DNA from: an uncultured Actinomycetes bacterium
GTDB taxonomy: Bacteria; Actinomycetota; Thermoleophilia; Gaiellales; Gaiellaceae
NCBI GenBank assembly: GCA_963830885.1
Contig: CAWHOA010000020.1
Coordinates: 3,707-67,706 of the forward strand
Direction of reading: 5' to 3'
Length of the DNA stretch: 64,000 nucleotides
Part shown: piece after piece, positions 20,535-28,609 of the stretch
How positions within the stretch are numbered: position 1 is the first letter of the stretch
How the letters are laid out: every line of letters starts with the position of its first letter
Translations under genes and position numbers: made by a program
Notes under the pieces: generated by a model
The model's database searches: none
The model's input: the letters and a program-made list of their open reading frames with translations, nothing else
Told to the model about the DNA's origin: nothing

Positions 20535-21719
20535 ATGGCCACCCCCGTCACCCGCGTCCACCAGCCCACCCGCGCGCAGGCCTTCGCCTGGGAGCTCGGC
20601 GCGTTCCTGCGCCACCTCGACTACCTGCTGCTCGCGGCCACCGGCGGCCTGCTCGCCTACGGGCTCTGGGTGCTCGAGTCCGTGACGCAGAACGACGTTG
20701 CGGGCGACCCCGGTTACTACGTCTTCCGGCAGACGATCTACGTCGTCGCCGGCGTCCTGCTCCTCGCCGCGGTCGCGGCCGTCGACCCGAACGTGTACCG
20801 CCGTGTCCGCTGGCCGCTCTACGGCGCCGTCATCGTCCTGCTCATCGCCGTGTTCGTCCTGGCCGAGGAGGTGCGCGGCTCGAGGCGCTGGATCCAGATC
20901 GGCTTCTTCAACTTCCAGCCGTCCGAGCTCGGGAAGATCGTCCTCATCGTCGTGCTCGCGGGGTTCGTCGCCGAGCGCCGGCACCGGCTGGCGGAGTGGG
21001 GGACGACGCTGGGCGTGATCGGGCTCGCCGCGCCGCTCATGGCGCTGGTCTTCAAAGAGCCCGACTTCGGCACGACGCTGATCTACGCGGCCATCGTCCT
21101 GGGCGCGCTCTTCTTCGGCGGGACCCCGTGGCGGCACCTCGCCGTGCTGGCGATCATCGCCGGGCTCGTCGCGGGCGCCCTCCTCTGGTTCCTGCCTTCG
21201 GCCGGGATCGAGGTCCTCGAGCCGTACCAGCGCGAGCGGCTGACCGGGTTCGTGGACCCGGACATCGACCCGAGCGGGTCGACCTACAACGTCAACCAGT
21301 CCATCACCGCGGTGGGATCGGGCGGCTTCGACGGTCGCGGCGCCGACAACGCGACCCAGACGAAGTTCAACTACCTGCCCGAGCACTCGACGGACTTCAT
21401 CTTCTCCTCGCTCGCCGAGCAGCGGGGCTTCATGGGCGCCGCCATCCTGCTCCTCCTCTACGGGATCGTCATCTGGCGCGGGACGAAGATCGTGGCGGTG
21501 GCGAAGGACCTCTACTCCGCGATTCTCGCCGGAACGGTCGTGTTCGCGCTCCTCATCCAGCTCTTCATCAACGTCGGGATGACCATCGGGATCGCGCCCG
21601 TGACCGGCATCCCGCTCCCGCTCGTCTCCTACGGCGGCAGCTCGCTCCTGACGACGCTCATCCTCATCGGGCTGCTCGAGGCGGTCCACGTCCGCGGTCG
21701 CCTGGCGGGCACCCGGTAG
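20535..21719 (+). CDS. rodA: SEDS glycosyltransferase RodA
   Basis: RRWIQIGFFNFQPSELGKIVLIVVLA...YLPEHSTDFIFSSLAEQRGFMGA...GIPLPLVSYGGSSLL. Confidence 0.92.
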   Translation: MATPVTRVHQPTRAQAFAWELGAFLRHLDYLLLAATGGLLAYGLWVLESVTQNDVAGDPGYYVFRQTIYVVAGVLLLAAVAAVDPNVYRRVRWPLYGAVIVLLIAVFVLAEEVRGSRRWIQIGFFNFQPSELGKIVLIVVLAGFVAERRHRLAEWGTTLGVIGLAAPLMALVFKEPDFGTTLIYAAIVLGALFFGGTPWRHLAVLAIIAGLVAGALLWFLPSAGIEVLEPYQRERLTGFVDPDIDPSGSTYNVNQSITAVGSGGFDGRGADNATQTKFNYLPEHSTDFIFSSLAEQRGFMGAAILLLLYGIVIWRGTKIVAVAKDLYSAILAGTVVFALLIQLFINVGMTIGIAPVTGIPLPLVSYGGSSLLTTLILIGLLEAVHVRGRLAGTR

Positions 21720-21732
21720 CGTTCCCGAAGCC

Positions 21733-22581
21733 ATGCCCAAGCTCCCGCTCAGCCCCACCTCGGTGTGGAGCGTCGTCAAGGAGATGCGCGTCGGCGACGA
21801 GGACCTGCGCCCGCTCCTCGTCGGCGGGGCGCCGGAGCAGGCACGGGCGATCCACGCCGCGCTCGCCGAGGGGGCCGAGCCCGACGCCGTCCGCGATCTC
21901 TCCGGCAAGACGCCGACCGCGTACGACCTCGAGGGCGCCGACGTGCTCGTCTGGGCCGTCGCCGGCGAGGCTGCGGGCGAGGAGGACGAGAAGGTTTTCC
22001 AGCTGGCCGGGCGCAAGCGCGTCGGCACCGTCTGTGTCGTCGCAGGTGCGTCGCCGGACGACCCGCCCAGCTTCCCGTACGTGCTCGACACGGACGTGAT
22101 CGTGGTCCCGGCCGGGGCGCCGCTCCCGGTCGAGAAGATCGCCGAGCGCGTCGCCGATCGTGCGGGGGAAGGCTCCCACCTCCTCGCTCGAAGGATTCCG
22201 GCGCTGCGGAAGCCCGTCGGAGACGCGATCGTCAAGCACTTCGCGCGCCAGAACGGCGTCCTGGGGGTGGCCATCTTCATTCCGGGCGCCGACTTCCCGG
22301 TACTTACGCTGAACCAGATCCGCATGGTGCTCCGCCTCGCCGCCGCACACGGTGAGGAACTCGACCGCGAGCGTGCCTTCGAGGTCCTCTCGGTAATCGC
22401 CGCCGGGCTCGGCTTCCGCACCGTCGCCCGCCACCTCGTCGGCGCCGTCCCGGGCTTCGGCTGGGCGGTCAAGGGCGGCATCGCGTACGGCGCGACCTTC
22501 GCAGTCGGCGAGGCGGCCACCGCCTACTTTGCAGCGGGTGGCACGAGGGCGATCGAGCGGTCCGTCCGGTCCCGGTCCTAG
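21733..22581 (+). CDS. DUF697-domain protein with a P-loop-less GTPase-like N-terminal half (hypothetical)
   Basis: C-terminus IPGADFPVLTLNQIRMVLRLAAAHGEELDRERAFEVLSVIAAGLGFRTVARHLVGAVPGFGWAVKGGIAYGATFAVGEAATAYF matches the DUF697 pattern. The N-terminus has LLVGGAPEQARAI where a GxxGxGKS would sit. Confidence 0.6.
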   Translation: MPKLPLSPTSVWSVVKEMRVGDEDLRPLLVGGAPEQARAIHAALAEGAEPDAVRDLSGKTPTAYDLEGADVLVWAVAGEAAGEEDEKVFQLAGRKRVGTVCVVAGASPDDPPSFPYVLDTDVIVVPAGAPLPVEKIAERVADRAGEGSHLLARRIPALRKPVGDAIVKHFARQNGVLGVAIFIPGADFPVLTLNQIRMVLRLAAAHGEELDRERAFEVLSVIAAGLGFRTVARHLVGAVPGFGWAVKGGIAYGATFAVGEAATAYFAAGGTRAIERSVRSRS

Positions 22582-22592
22582 CCTTTCCGCGC

Positions 22593-22787
22593 ATGGAGAG
22601 GGAAGAACGCTACGAGGCGCTCCTCATCGAGGAGGCCGACGCCTGGTTCGAGTATCTCGAGGCGACCCAGGCGGAGGCCGCGACGGGGCGCTACGACGAG
22701 GTCGAGCCCTGGGCCTGGGCCCGGCTGAACCAGCGCCTGCGAGCCGTGGAGCGCAAGCGCCGGAGCCTCAGCCCAGCGGCCGCGTAG
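22593..22787 (+). CDS. 64-aa acidic helical protein (hypothetical)
   Basis: MEREERYEALLIEEADAWFEYLEATQAEAATGRYDEVEPWAWARLNQRLRAVERKRR. Strong GC3 bias. Confidence 0.55.
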   Translation: MEREERYEALLIEEADAWFEYLEATQAEAATGRYDEVEPWAWARLNQRLRAVERKRRSLSPAAA

Positions 22788-22790
22788 TTG

Positions 22791-22954
22791 GGAGGCCTCG
22801 CCGGAGCGCCGGCTGTGCCGCCGGGCCGCGCTGCTCGCCCCGAAGACTGCGTCCTCGGTCGCGCCCGTAGCCTCCGGCGACGAACGCTCCCTTCGTCCTT
22901 GTTTCGGAACGACCATCGCACCCCGACGACGAGCAACGCTCCGGCGATGCCTCC
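22791..22954 (+). repeat. ~164-nt structured intergenic repeat, copy A
   Basis: Aligns without gaps to 26186-26349 at roughly 85% identity. Terminal inverted repeats GGAGGCCTCGCCGGAGCG / CGCTCCGGCGATGCCTCC. Central hairpin CGTAGCC-TCC-GGCGACG. Confidence 0.85.
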
Positions 22955-23111
22955 AGGGCGGCTGCTACCCTGAGGCAGATGCGCATGGACGGTCCAGCCC
23001 CGAGTGGGGCAGTCGAAGTCCGGCGCGGAGATCACATGAGATTTGAGGCAGACACCCTGCGGCTCGGCCAGCCGGCCGAGCGCGGCGTGCGCCCGAAAGG
23101 AGTCCAACGAC

Positions 23112-25424
23112 GTGAAATGGTTTCGCCTGAGGAAGCGCGAGGAGGCGGCGCCGGCCGAGGCCGCCGCTCCTGCGACGCTCGAGCAGGAAGGCCCGGCTCG
23201 GCCCGACGCGGCTGAGTCGGAGCGCAAGCCGCCGGCACGCCGCCGCCGTGGGAGCCGCGGCGGGCGCGGCCGGAGCAAGAAGAAGACGACCGACGGGGCC
23301 GTCGCCGAGCCGGAGGCGCCGGCAGTCCCGGCGAAGCCGAGGCAGGGCCCGCGGCCGAAGAAAACCGGCGGCCCGGCCAAGGAGCGGTCGCGCGAGGAGC
23401 CGAAGCGCGAGCAGCGGCGGCGGGCACCCGCGCGCAAGCCGGCCCCGGCGCGCATCGTCGTGCCGGACGTCAAGAAGGAGATCCTGGTCTCCGTCGAGGT
23501 GCTCGAGCAGACGGTCGCCGTCGTCGAGGACGGACAGGTCGCGGAGGTCTATCTCGGCCGTCCCTCGCACCGGTCGATCGCCGGGAACATCTACAAGGGC
23601 GTCGTCGACAACGTCCTGCCGGGCATGGAGGCGTCATTCGTCGACGTCGGCCTCGGCCGCAACGGCTTCCTCTACGTGGACGAGATCGTCGTGCCCGAGC
23701 TCGAGGGCAAGCGCCACGGCAAGCGCATCCAGGAGCTCATCTCCCGCGGCCAGGAAGTCCTCGTCCAGGCCGTCAAGGACCCGATGGGCACCAAGGGGGC
23801 GCGCCTCACGACCGAGATCTCGCTCCCCGGCCGCTTCCTCGTCTACACGCCGTACGGCGACGGGATCGGTGTCTCGCGCCGGCTGGAGGACGACGAGCGC
23901 GAGCGCCTCAAGGCGATCTGCAAGGGCCTCGAGCTCCCCGAGGGCGGTTTGATCGTCCGCACCGCCGCCGAGGGCGCCTCCGAGGAGGAGCTCTCCGGCG
24001 ACCTCAAGCTCCTGCTGAAGCTCTGGTCGACCATCCGCGGTCGCGCCGGCAGGACGAAGGCGCCGGCACTCGTCTACCAGGAGGCCGAGCTTCCGCTCCG
24101 GATCGTGCGCGACCTCTTCATCCGCGACTTCAAGCGCGTGGTCGTCGACCACGAGCGCACCTACCGGAAGATCGTGGCCTACCTGAAGCGCACGTCGCCC
24201 GAGCTCGCCGCGCGGGTCGAGCGCTACAGCGGCAAGGAGCCGCTCCTCGAGAAGTCCGGCGTCGCCGAGGCGATCAACTCGACGCTCTCCCGCCGCGTCG
24301 ACCTTCCCTCGGGCGGCTATCTGATCTTCGACTACGCGGAGGCGTTCACGGTCATCGACGTGAACACCGGGCGCTTCGTCGGCGGCCGCGGAAAGGCGTC
24401 GAACGCCAGGCTCGAGGACACGATCACCAAGAACAACCTCGAGGCCGTCACCGAGGTCGTGCGCCAGCTCCGGCTGCGCGACGTCGGCGGGATCATCGTC
24501 ATCGACTTCATCGACATGGCGAACCCGAAGAACCGCCAGCTCGTCGAGAACGCGTTCGAGGCCGAGCTGGCCCGCGACCGGACGAAGACGTACGTCGTCG
24601 AGATCTCACCGCTCGGCCTGGTCGAGATGACGCGCCAGAACGTCACCGACGGCCCGCGCGAGATCCTCACCGACAAGTGTCCGACGTGCGCGTCGACGGG
24701 CGTCGTCGTCTCCGCCGAGACGCGCGCGGTCGAGGTCGAGCGGAAGCTCCGCGCGCACATCGCCGCCACGAAGGCCGAGGCCTTCGTGGTCGAGCTGCAC
24801 TCCGACGTCGCCGCGATCCTCGTCGGCCCGAACGGCGAGCACCTGGAGGAGCTGGAGAAGGAGACGGGCAGGCGCTTCGCCTTCAAGACGAAGAAGTCGT
24901 TCCGCCTCGATCGCTTCGGGATCCTGGCCGAAGGCAAGGCCGCCGAGATCGAGGGCCTGACGCCGAAGCCGGCACGCGCCAGGGCCGGCGCTCGGCCGCG
25001 CAAGGCCCCCGTCGAGGCCGTGGTCGCGCTGGACGAGACGCTGATCGAGGGCGTCGAGGAGGCAGCGGAGCCCGCGGTCGAGCCGGCTGCGTCGGCCGAG
25101 GCCGCCGCCGACGGCGACCAGCCGGCCGAGACGCCGAAGAAGAAGACGCGCCGCGGCTCGCGCGGCGGCCGCGGCCGTAAGAAGAAGGCCCCGGTCGATG
25201 GGACGACGCCCAAGGCCGCCGCGGACGAAGCCGGGCCGGAGGAGGCTCCCGAGCCGGTCGAGGAGGTCGCGGAGCTTCCCGAGCCGAGCGCCAACGGCGA
25301 GGCCCCCGCCGAGGAGAAGCCAAAGAAGAAGACGAGGAGGGGCTCGCGCGGCGGGCGGAGACGCAAGAAGAAGCCCGCGGAGGGCGCCGCCGAGCCGATT
25401 GCGACCGCGGAGGACGCTGGCTAG
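23112..25424 (+). CDS. rne: ribonuclease E/G family endoribonuclease with Arg-rich flanks
   Basis: S1 domain [37 protein letters not shown] and catalytic core [24 protein letters not shown]...[15 protein letters not shown] start at 23112 with AAGGAG 7 nt upstream. Confidence 0.9.
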   Translation: MKWFRLRKREEAAPAEAAAPATLEQEGPARPDAAESERKPPARRRRGSRGGRGRSKKKTTDGAVAEPEAPAVPAKPRQGPRPKKTGGPAKERSREEPKREQRRRAPARKPAPARIVVPDVKKEILVSVEVLEQTVAVVEDGQVAEVYLGRPSHRSIAGNIYKGVVDNVLPGMEASFVDVGLGRNGFLYVDEIVVPELEGKRHGKRIQELISRGQEVLVQAVKDPMGTKGARLTTEISLPGRFLVYTPYGDGIGVSRRLEDDERERLKAICKGLELPEGGLIVRTAAEGASEEELSGDLKLLLKLWSTIRGRAGRTKAPALVYQEAELPLRIVRDLFIRDFKRVVVDHERTYRKIVAYLKRTSPELAARVERYSGKEPLLEKSGVAEAINSTLSRRVDLPSGGYLIFDYAEAFTVIDVNTGRFVGGRGKASNARLEDTITKNNLEAVTEVVRQLRLRDVGGIIVIDFIDMANPKNRQLVENAFEAELARDRTKTYVVEISPLGLVEMTRQNVTDGPREILTDKCPTCASTGVVVSAETRAVEVERKLRAHIAATKAEAFVVELHSDVAAILVGPNGEHLEELEKETGRRFAFKTKKSFRLDRFGILAEGKAAEIEGLTPKPARARAGARPRKAPVEAVVALDETLIEGVEEAAEPAVEPAASAEAAADGDQPAETPKKKTRRGSRGGRGRKKKAPVDGTTPKAAADEAGPEEAPEPVEEVAELPEPSANGEAPAEEKPKKKTRRGSRGGRRRKKKPAEGAAEPIATAEDAG

Positions 25425-25465
25425 ACTGTCTGCCGCAGCGGGCGAGGCCCGCTCGTTTCCTGTCT

Positions 25466-25936
25466 ATGAGCTACGCCGTCATCTCCATCGGGAACAAGCA
25501 GTACCGCGTGCGGGAAGGCCAGCGGCTGCTCGTGGACCGCCTGCCCCACGACGAGGGCAAGACGTTCCAGCCCGACCTGATCATGCTCGGCGGGGACGGC
25601 GACGCGAAGCTCGGCTCCGACCTCAAGGGTCAGCAGGTGACCGTCAAGGTCGCGGAGCACGTCAAGGGCAAGAAGATCATCGTCGGCAAGCACAAGCGGC
25701 GGACCGGCTACAAGCGCCGCAACGGCTTCCGCGCCAGCCTGACACGCATCGAGGTGCAGTCGATCGGCGCGACCCGGACGCGGTCCACGGCCGCGAAGAA
25801 GGAGACGGAGGCGAGCACGACCGAGGCGAAGCCGGCGGCGCCGAAGAAGCCCGCGGCGCGCAAGCCCGCGGCGGCGACAAGCGAGAAGAAGGCCCCGGCC
25901 CGCACGCGCGCGCCGAGGAAGAAGACCGAGGAGTAG
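25466..25936 (+). CDS. rplU: 50S ribosomal protein L21 with Lys/Ala/Pro-rich C-terminal extension
   Basis: [26 protein letters not shown]...[21 protein letters not shown], then [28 protein letters not shown]. Confidence 0.95.
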   Translation: MSYAVISIGNKQYRVREGQRLLVDRLPHDEGKTFQPDLIMLGGDGDAKLGSDLKGQQVTVKVAEHVKGKKIIVGKHKRRTGYKRRNGFRASLTRIEVQSIGATRTRSTAAKKETEASTTEAKPAAPKKPAARKPAAATSEKKAPARTRAPRKKTEE

Positions 25937-25938
25937 GA

Positions 25939-26184
25939 ATGGCTCACAAGAAAGGACTGGGCTCGTCGAAGAACGGCCGCGACTCCGAGTCCAAGCGGCT
26001 CGGCGTCAAGGTCTTCGACGGCCAGGACATCACCGCGGGCATGATCGTCGTCCGCCAGCGTGGCACGCGCTTCCGGCCCGGCCCGGGCACGGGTCTCGGC
26101 CGCGACCACACGATCTTCGCCACCCGCGACGGGAAGGTTTCCTTCCACACGGGCGGAGCCGGTCGGGTCATCTCGGTCCTTTAA
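25939..26184 (+). CDS. rpmA: 50S ribosomal protein L27
   Basis: [48 protein letters not shown]. Confidence 0.97.
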   Translation: MAHKKGLGSSKNGRDSESKRLGVKVFDGQDITAGMIVVRQRGTRFRPGPGTGLGRDHTIFATRDGKVSFHTGGAGRVISVL

Positions 26185-26185
26185 G

Positions 26186-26349
26186 GGAGGGCTCGACGAA
26201 ACGCAGCCTGTGCCGCCGGGCCGCGCTGCTCGCCCCGAGAGCTGCGTCCTCAGTCGCGCCCGTAGCCTCCGGCTACGAACGCTCCCTGCGTCCTTGTCTC
26301 GGAACGACCATCGCGCCCCGAACGCGAGCGGCGTTCCGCCGATCCCTCC
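26186..26349 (+). repeat. ~164-nt structured intergenic repeat, copy B
   Basis: GGAGGGCTCG...CGATCCCTCC arms. CCGAGA / TCTCGG helix enclosing CGTAGCC-TCC-GGCTACG. Direct repeats CTGCGTCCT. Fills the rpmA-obg spacer. Confidence 0.85.
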
Positions 26350-26355
26350 TTAGCC

Positions 26356-27513
26356 GTGTTCCATGACCGCGCGCGGATCCGCGTCAAGGGCGGGCGCGGC
26401 GGCGACGGGTCGCTCAGCTTCAGGCGCGAGAAGTTCGTGCCGAAGGGCGGCCCTGACGGAGGCGACGGCGGGCACGGCGGCGACGTCGTGATCGTGGCCG
26501 ATCCCGACCTGCGCGACCTCGGCTTCTTCCACCGCCGCAGCCGCTTCGAGGCGAAGCGCGGGCGCCACGGCGAGGGCTCGAACAAGCGCGGTCACGACGG
26601 CGAGGACGTCGAGCTCGGCGTACCGGTCGGCACACAGGTGCTCGACGAGGACGAGCGCCTTCTCGCCGACCTCGCGCACCCGGGCGCTCGCCTCGTGGCG
26701 GCGCACGGCGGCCGCGGCGGCGCGGGGAACCGCCGCTTCGCCACGCCGACGCACCAGGCGCCGCGCCTCGCCGAGCTCGGGGCGGTCGGGGAGGAGGCCG
26801 CGCTCGAGCTCCGCCTGAAGCTGCTGGCGGACGCCGCCCTCCTTGGCTTCCCCAACGCCGGCAAGTCCTCGCTCCTGCGCCGGATCTCGAACGCGAAGCC
26901 GAAGGTGGCCGAGTACCCCTTCACGACGATCGCGCCCGTCCTCGGCACCGTCGAGGCGCCGGACGGACGCCAGCTCACCGTCGCCGACGTGCCAGGCCTC
27001 CTGGAGGGGGCGAGCGAAGGCGTGGGCCTCGGCGACGAGTTCCTGGCCCACCTCGAGCGGGCGCGCCTGTTCCTGCACGTGATCGACGCTCAGGAGGACG
27101 CCGAGGCGCGCTTCCGCGCGATCGACCGCGAGCTCGCCGCCTACGGGGCGGGCCTCGCCGAGCGGCCGCAGATCGTCGTCCTCAACAAGGTCGACCTCGT
27201 CACCGAGCCGCCCCCGTTCGCCGTGGACGATCCGCGCGTCCTCGACATCGTGCACACGTCCGCGGCGACGGGCGAGGGGATCGACCGGCTGAAGACCATG
27301 CTCTTCGCGCTCGTTCCCGAGAGCGCGCCTGCCCGCGTCGACGAGCGGGAGCTGGCGGACTACCTCGTCTACCGCCCGCGCCCGCCGCAGCACCGGCGGT
27401 TTCGCATCTTCCGCACGCCGGGCGGCTACCGCGTGCGCGGCGAGGCCACCGAGGAGGAGCTCCGGGCCGCCGGGATCAAGCCCGACGCCGTCGTGGAGTT
27501 CGAGGACGCGTGA
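26356..27513 (+). CDS. obg: GTPase Obg
   Basis: MFHDRARIRVKGGRGGDGSLSFRREKFVPKGGPDGGDGGHGGDV (Obg fold) and the G domain LLGFPNAGKSSLL...DVPGLLEGAS...NKVD. Confidence 0.95.
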   Translation: MFHDRARIRVKGGRGGDGSLSFRREKFVPKGGPDGGDGGHGGDVVIVADPDLRDLGFFHRRSRFEAKRGRHGEGSNKRGHDGEDVELGVPVGTQVLDEDERLLADLAHPGARLVAAHGGRGGAGNRRFATPTHQAPRLAELGAVGEEAALELRLKLLADAALLGFPNAGKSSLLRRISNAKPKVAEYPFTTIAPVLGTVEAPDGRQLTVADVPGLLEGASEGVGLGDEFLAHLERARLFLHVIDAQEDAEARFRAIDRELAAYGAGLAERPQIVVLNKVDLVTEPPPFAVDDPRVLDIVHTSAATGEGIDRLKTMLFALVPESAPARVDERELADYLVYRPRPPQHRRFRIFRTPGGYRVRGEATEEELRAAGIKPDAVVEFEDA

Positions 27514-28076
27514 CCACGGGCCTCCTCGGCGGCGCGTTCGACCCGCCGCACGTCGGCCACGTCGTCCTGGCCCGGGAGGCGGTGGACCGCTTCGGGCTCG
27601 ACCGGCTGCTCGTGCTCGTCGTCGCGGAGCCCGCGCACAAGCCCGTCGAGACGCCGGTGGACGAGCGGGTGGAGCTCGCACGCGCCGCCTTCGCGGACGT
27701 CCCGCTCGCCGAGGTGCGCCGCGACGACCATGCCTACACGGTCGACTCGCTGCGGGCGGGGGGCTTCGACCCGGCCACGACCGTCTTCCTCGTCGGCGCC
27801 GACGAGTTCGCTGCGTTCCCGACCTGGAAGGAGCCGGACGCGATCCTCGACCACGTGCGGCTCGGTGTCGCCACGCGGCCGGGCTACCCGGTCGATCGCC
27901 TGCGGCCCGTGCTCGCAGCGCTGCGGCGCCCCGAGCGCGTCGAGCTCTTCGAGATTCCGGCGGCCGACGTCTCGTCGACGGAGGTCCGCGCCCGCCTCGA
28001 GCGCGGCGAGCCCGTGGAGGATCTCGTTCCCCCCGCGGTCGCCAGCCGGGTCGTCGAGCGCGGCCTCTACCATTGA
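27510..28076 (+). CDS. nadD: nicotinate-nucleotide adenylyltransferase
   Basis: GLLGGAFDPPHVGHVVLA and VSSTEVRARL. The GTGA overlaps the obg stop. Confidence 0.9.
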   Translation: MTTGLLGGAFDPPHVGHVVLAREAVDRFGLDRLLVLVVAEPAHKPVETPVDERVELARAAFADVPLAEVRRDDHAYTVDSLRAGGFDPATTVFLVGADEFAAFPTWKEPDAILDHVRLGVATRPGYPVDRLRPVLAALRRPERVELFEIPAADVSSTEVRARLERGEPVEDLVPPAVASRVVERGLYH

Positions 28077-28080
28077 GGCG

Positions 28081-28494
28081 TTGACCGTCCGAGGAGAGGC
28101 GAGCTACGCTGAGAGCGTTGAATCAGGAGATGCCAGGCCGCTGACGCCCATCGACCACGCGCGCAGAATCGCGGCCCTCGCCCAGGAGAAGCTCGCCGCC
28201 GACGTCGTCATCCTCGACATGCGGCCGGTGTGCTCGTACACGGACTTCTTCGTCGTCTGCACCGGGCAGAGCCCCCGGCAGACCAAGGCGATCTACGACG
28301 AGGTCCGCGAGCGCCTGAAGAAGGAGGAGGGACTCGTTCCGCGCACAGCCGCGGGCGAGCGCGAGGCCCGCTGGATCCTCGCCGACTACCTGGACGTCGT
28401 CCTGCACGTCTTCACCCCCGAGGCGCGTGAGTACTACCGCCTCGAGGAGCTCTGGGGCGACGTCCCGTCGGTCGAGCTCGCGGTCGCCGGGTAG
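28081..28494 (+). CDS. rsfS: ribosome silencing factor RsfS
   Basis: KLAADVVILDMRPVCSYTDFFVVCTGQSPRQTKAIYDEV...WILADYLDVVLHVFTPEAREYYRLEELW. TTG start tentative. Confidence 0.85.
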   Translation: MTVRGEASYAESVESGDARPLTPIDHARRIAALAQEKLAADVVILDMRPVCSYTDFFVVCTGQSPRQTKAIYDEVRERLKKEEGLVPRTAAGEREARWILADYLDVVLHVFTPEAREYYRLEELWGDVPSVELAVAG

Positions 28495-28530
28495 CCGCGC
28501 AGCGGCGCTTCGCTACAGTGTGCCCCGCGC

Positions 28531-28603
28531 GGGGCCATAGCTCAGCTGGGAGAGCGCTTGGCTGGCAGCCAAGAGGTCGCGGGTTCGAATCCCGCTGGCT
28601 CCA
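28531..28603 (+). tRNA. tRNA-Ala (anticodon GGC)
   Basis: GGGGCCATAGCTCAGCTGGGAGAGCGCTTGGCTGGCAGCCAAGAGGTCGCGGGTTCGAATCCCGCTGGCTCCA. Folds as a cloverleaf with a G3:U70 pair and anticodon loop CTGGCAG. No CCA is encoded. Confidence 0.95.
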
Positions 28604-28609
28604 CTTCTC

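Noticed and set aside
22788-22973. ORFs spanning the repeat copies (22788..22973, the tail of 26060..26353, and 30604..30804) that give similar peptides such as PPGRAARPE.CVL.RARSLR.RTLP.
   Set aside because: Differences between copies A and B are not concentrated at third codon positions (about 8:6:3). Copy C carries frame-breaking indels. There is no start codon with an RBS. The peptide similarity simply reflects nucleotide repeat identity.
25437-25465. Hairpin AGCGGGC-gag-GCCCGCT followed by CGTTTCCTGTCT just before rplU, considered as an rne terminator or an L21 leader.
   Set aside because: The stem is only 7 bp with a 3-nt loop, and it ends 12 nt before the rplU ATG. I cannot tell a terminator from an incidental stem or processing site using sequence alone.
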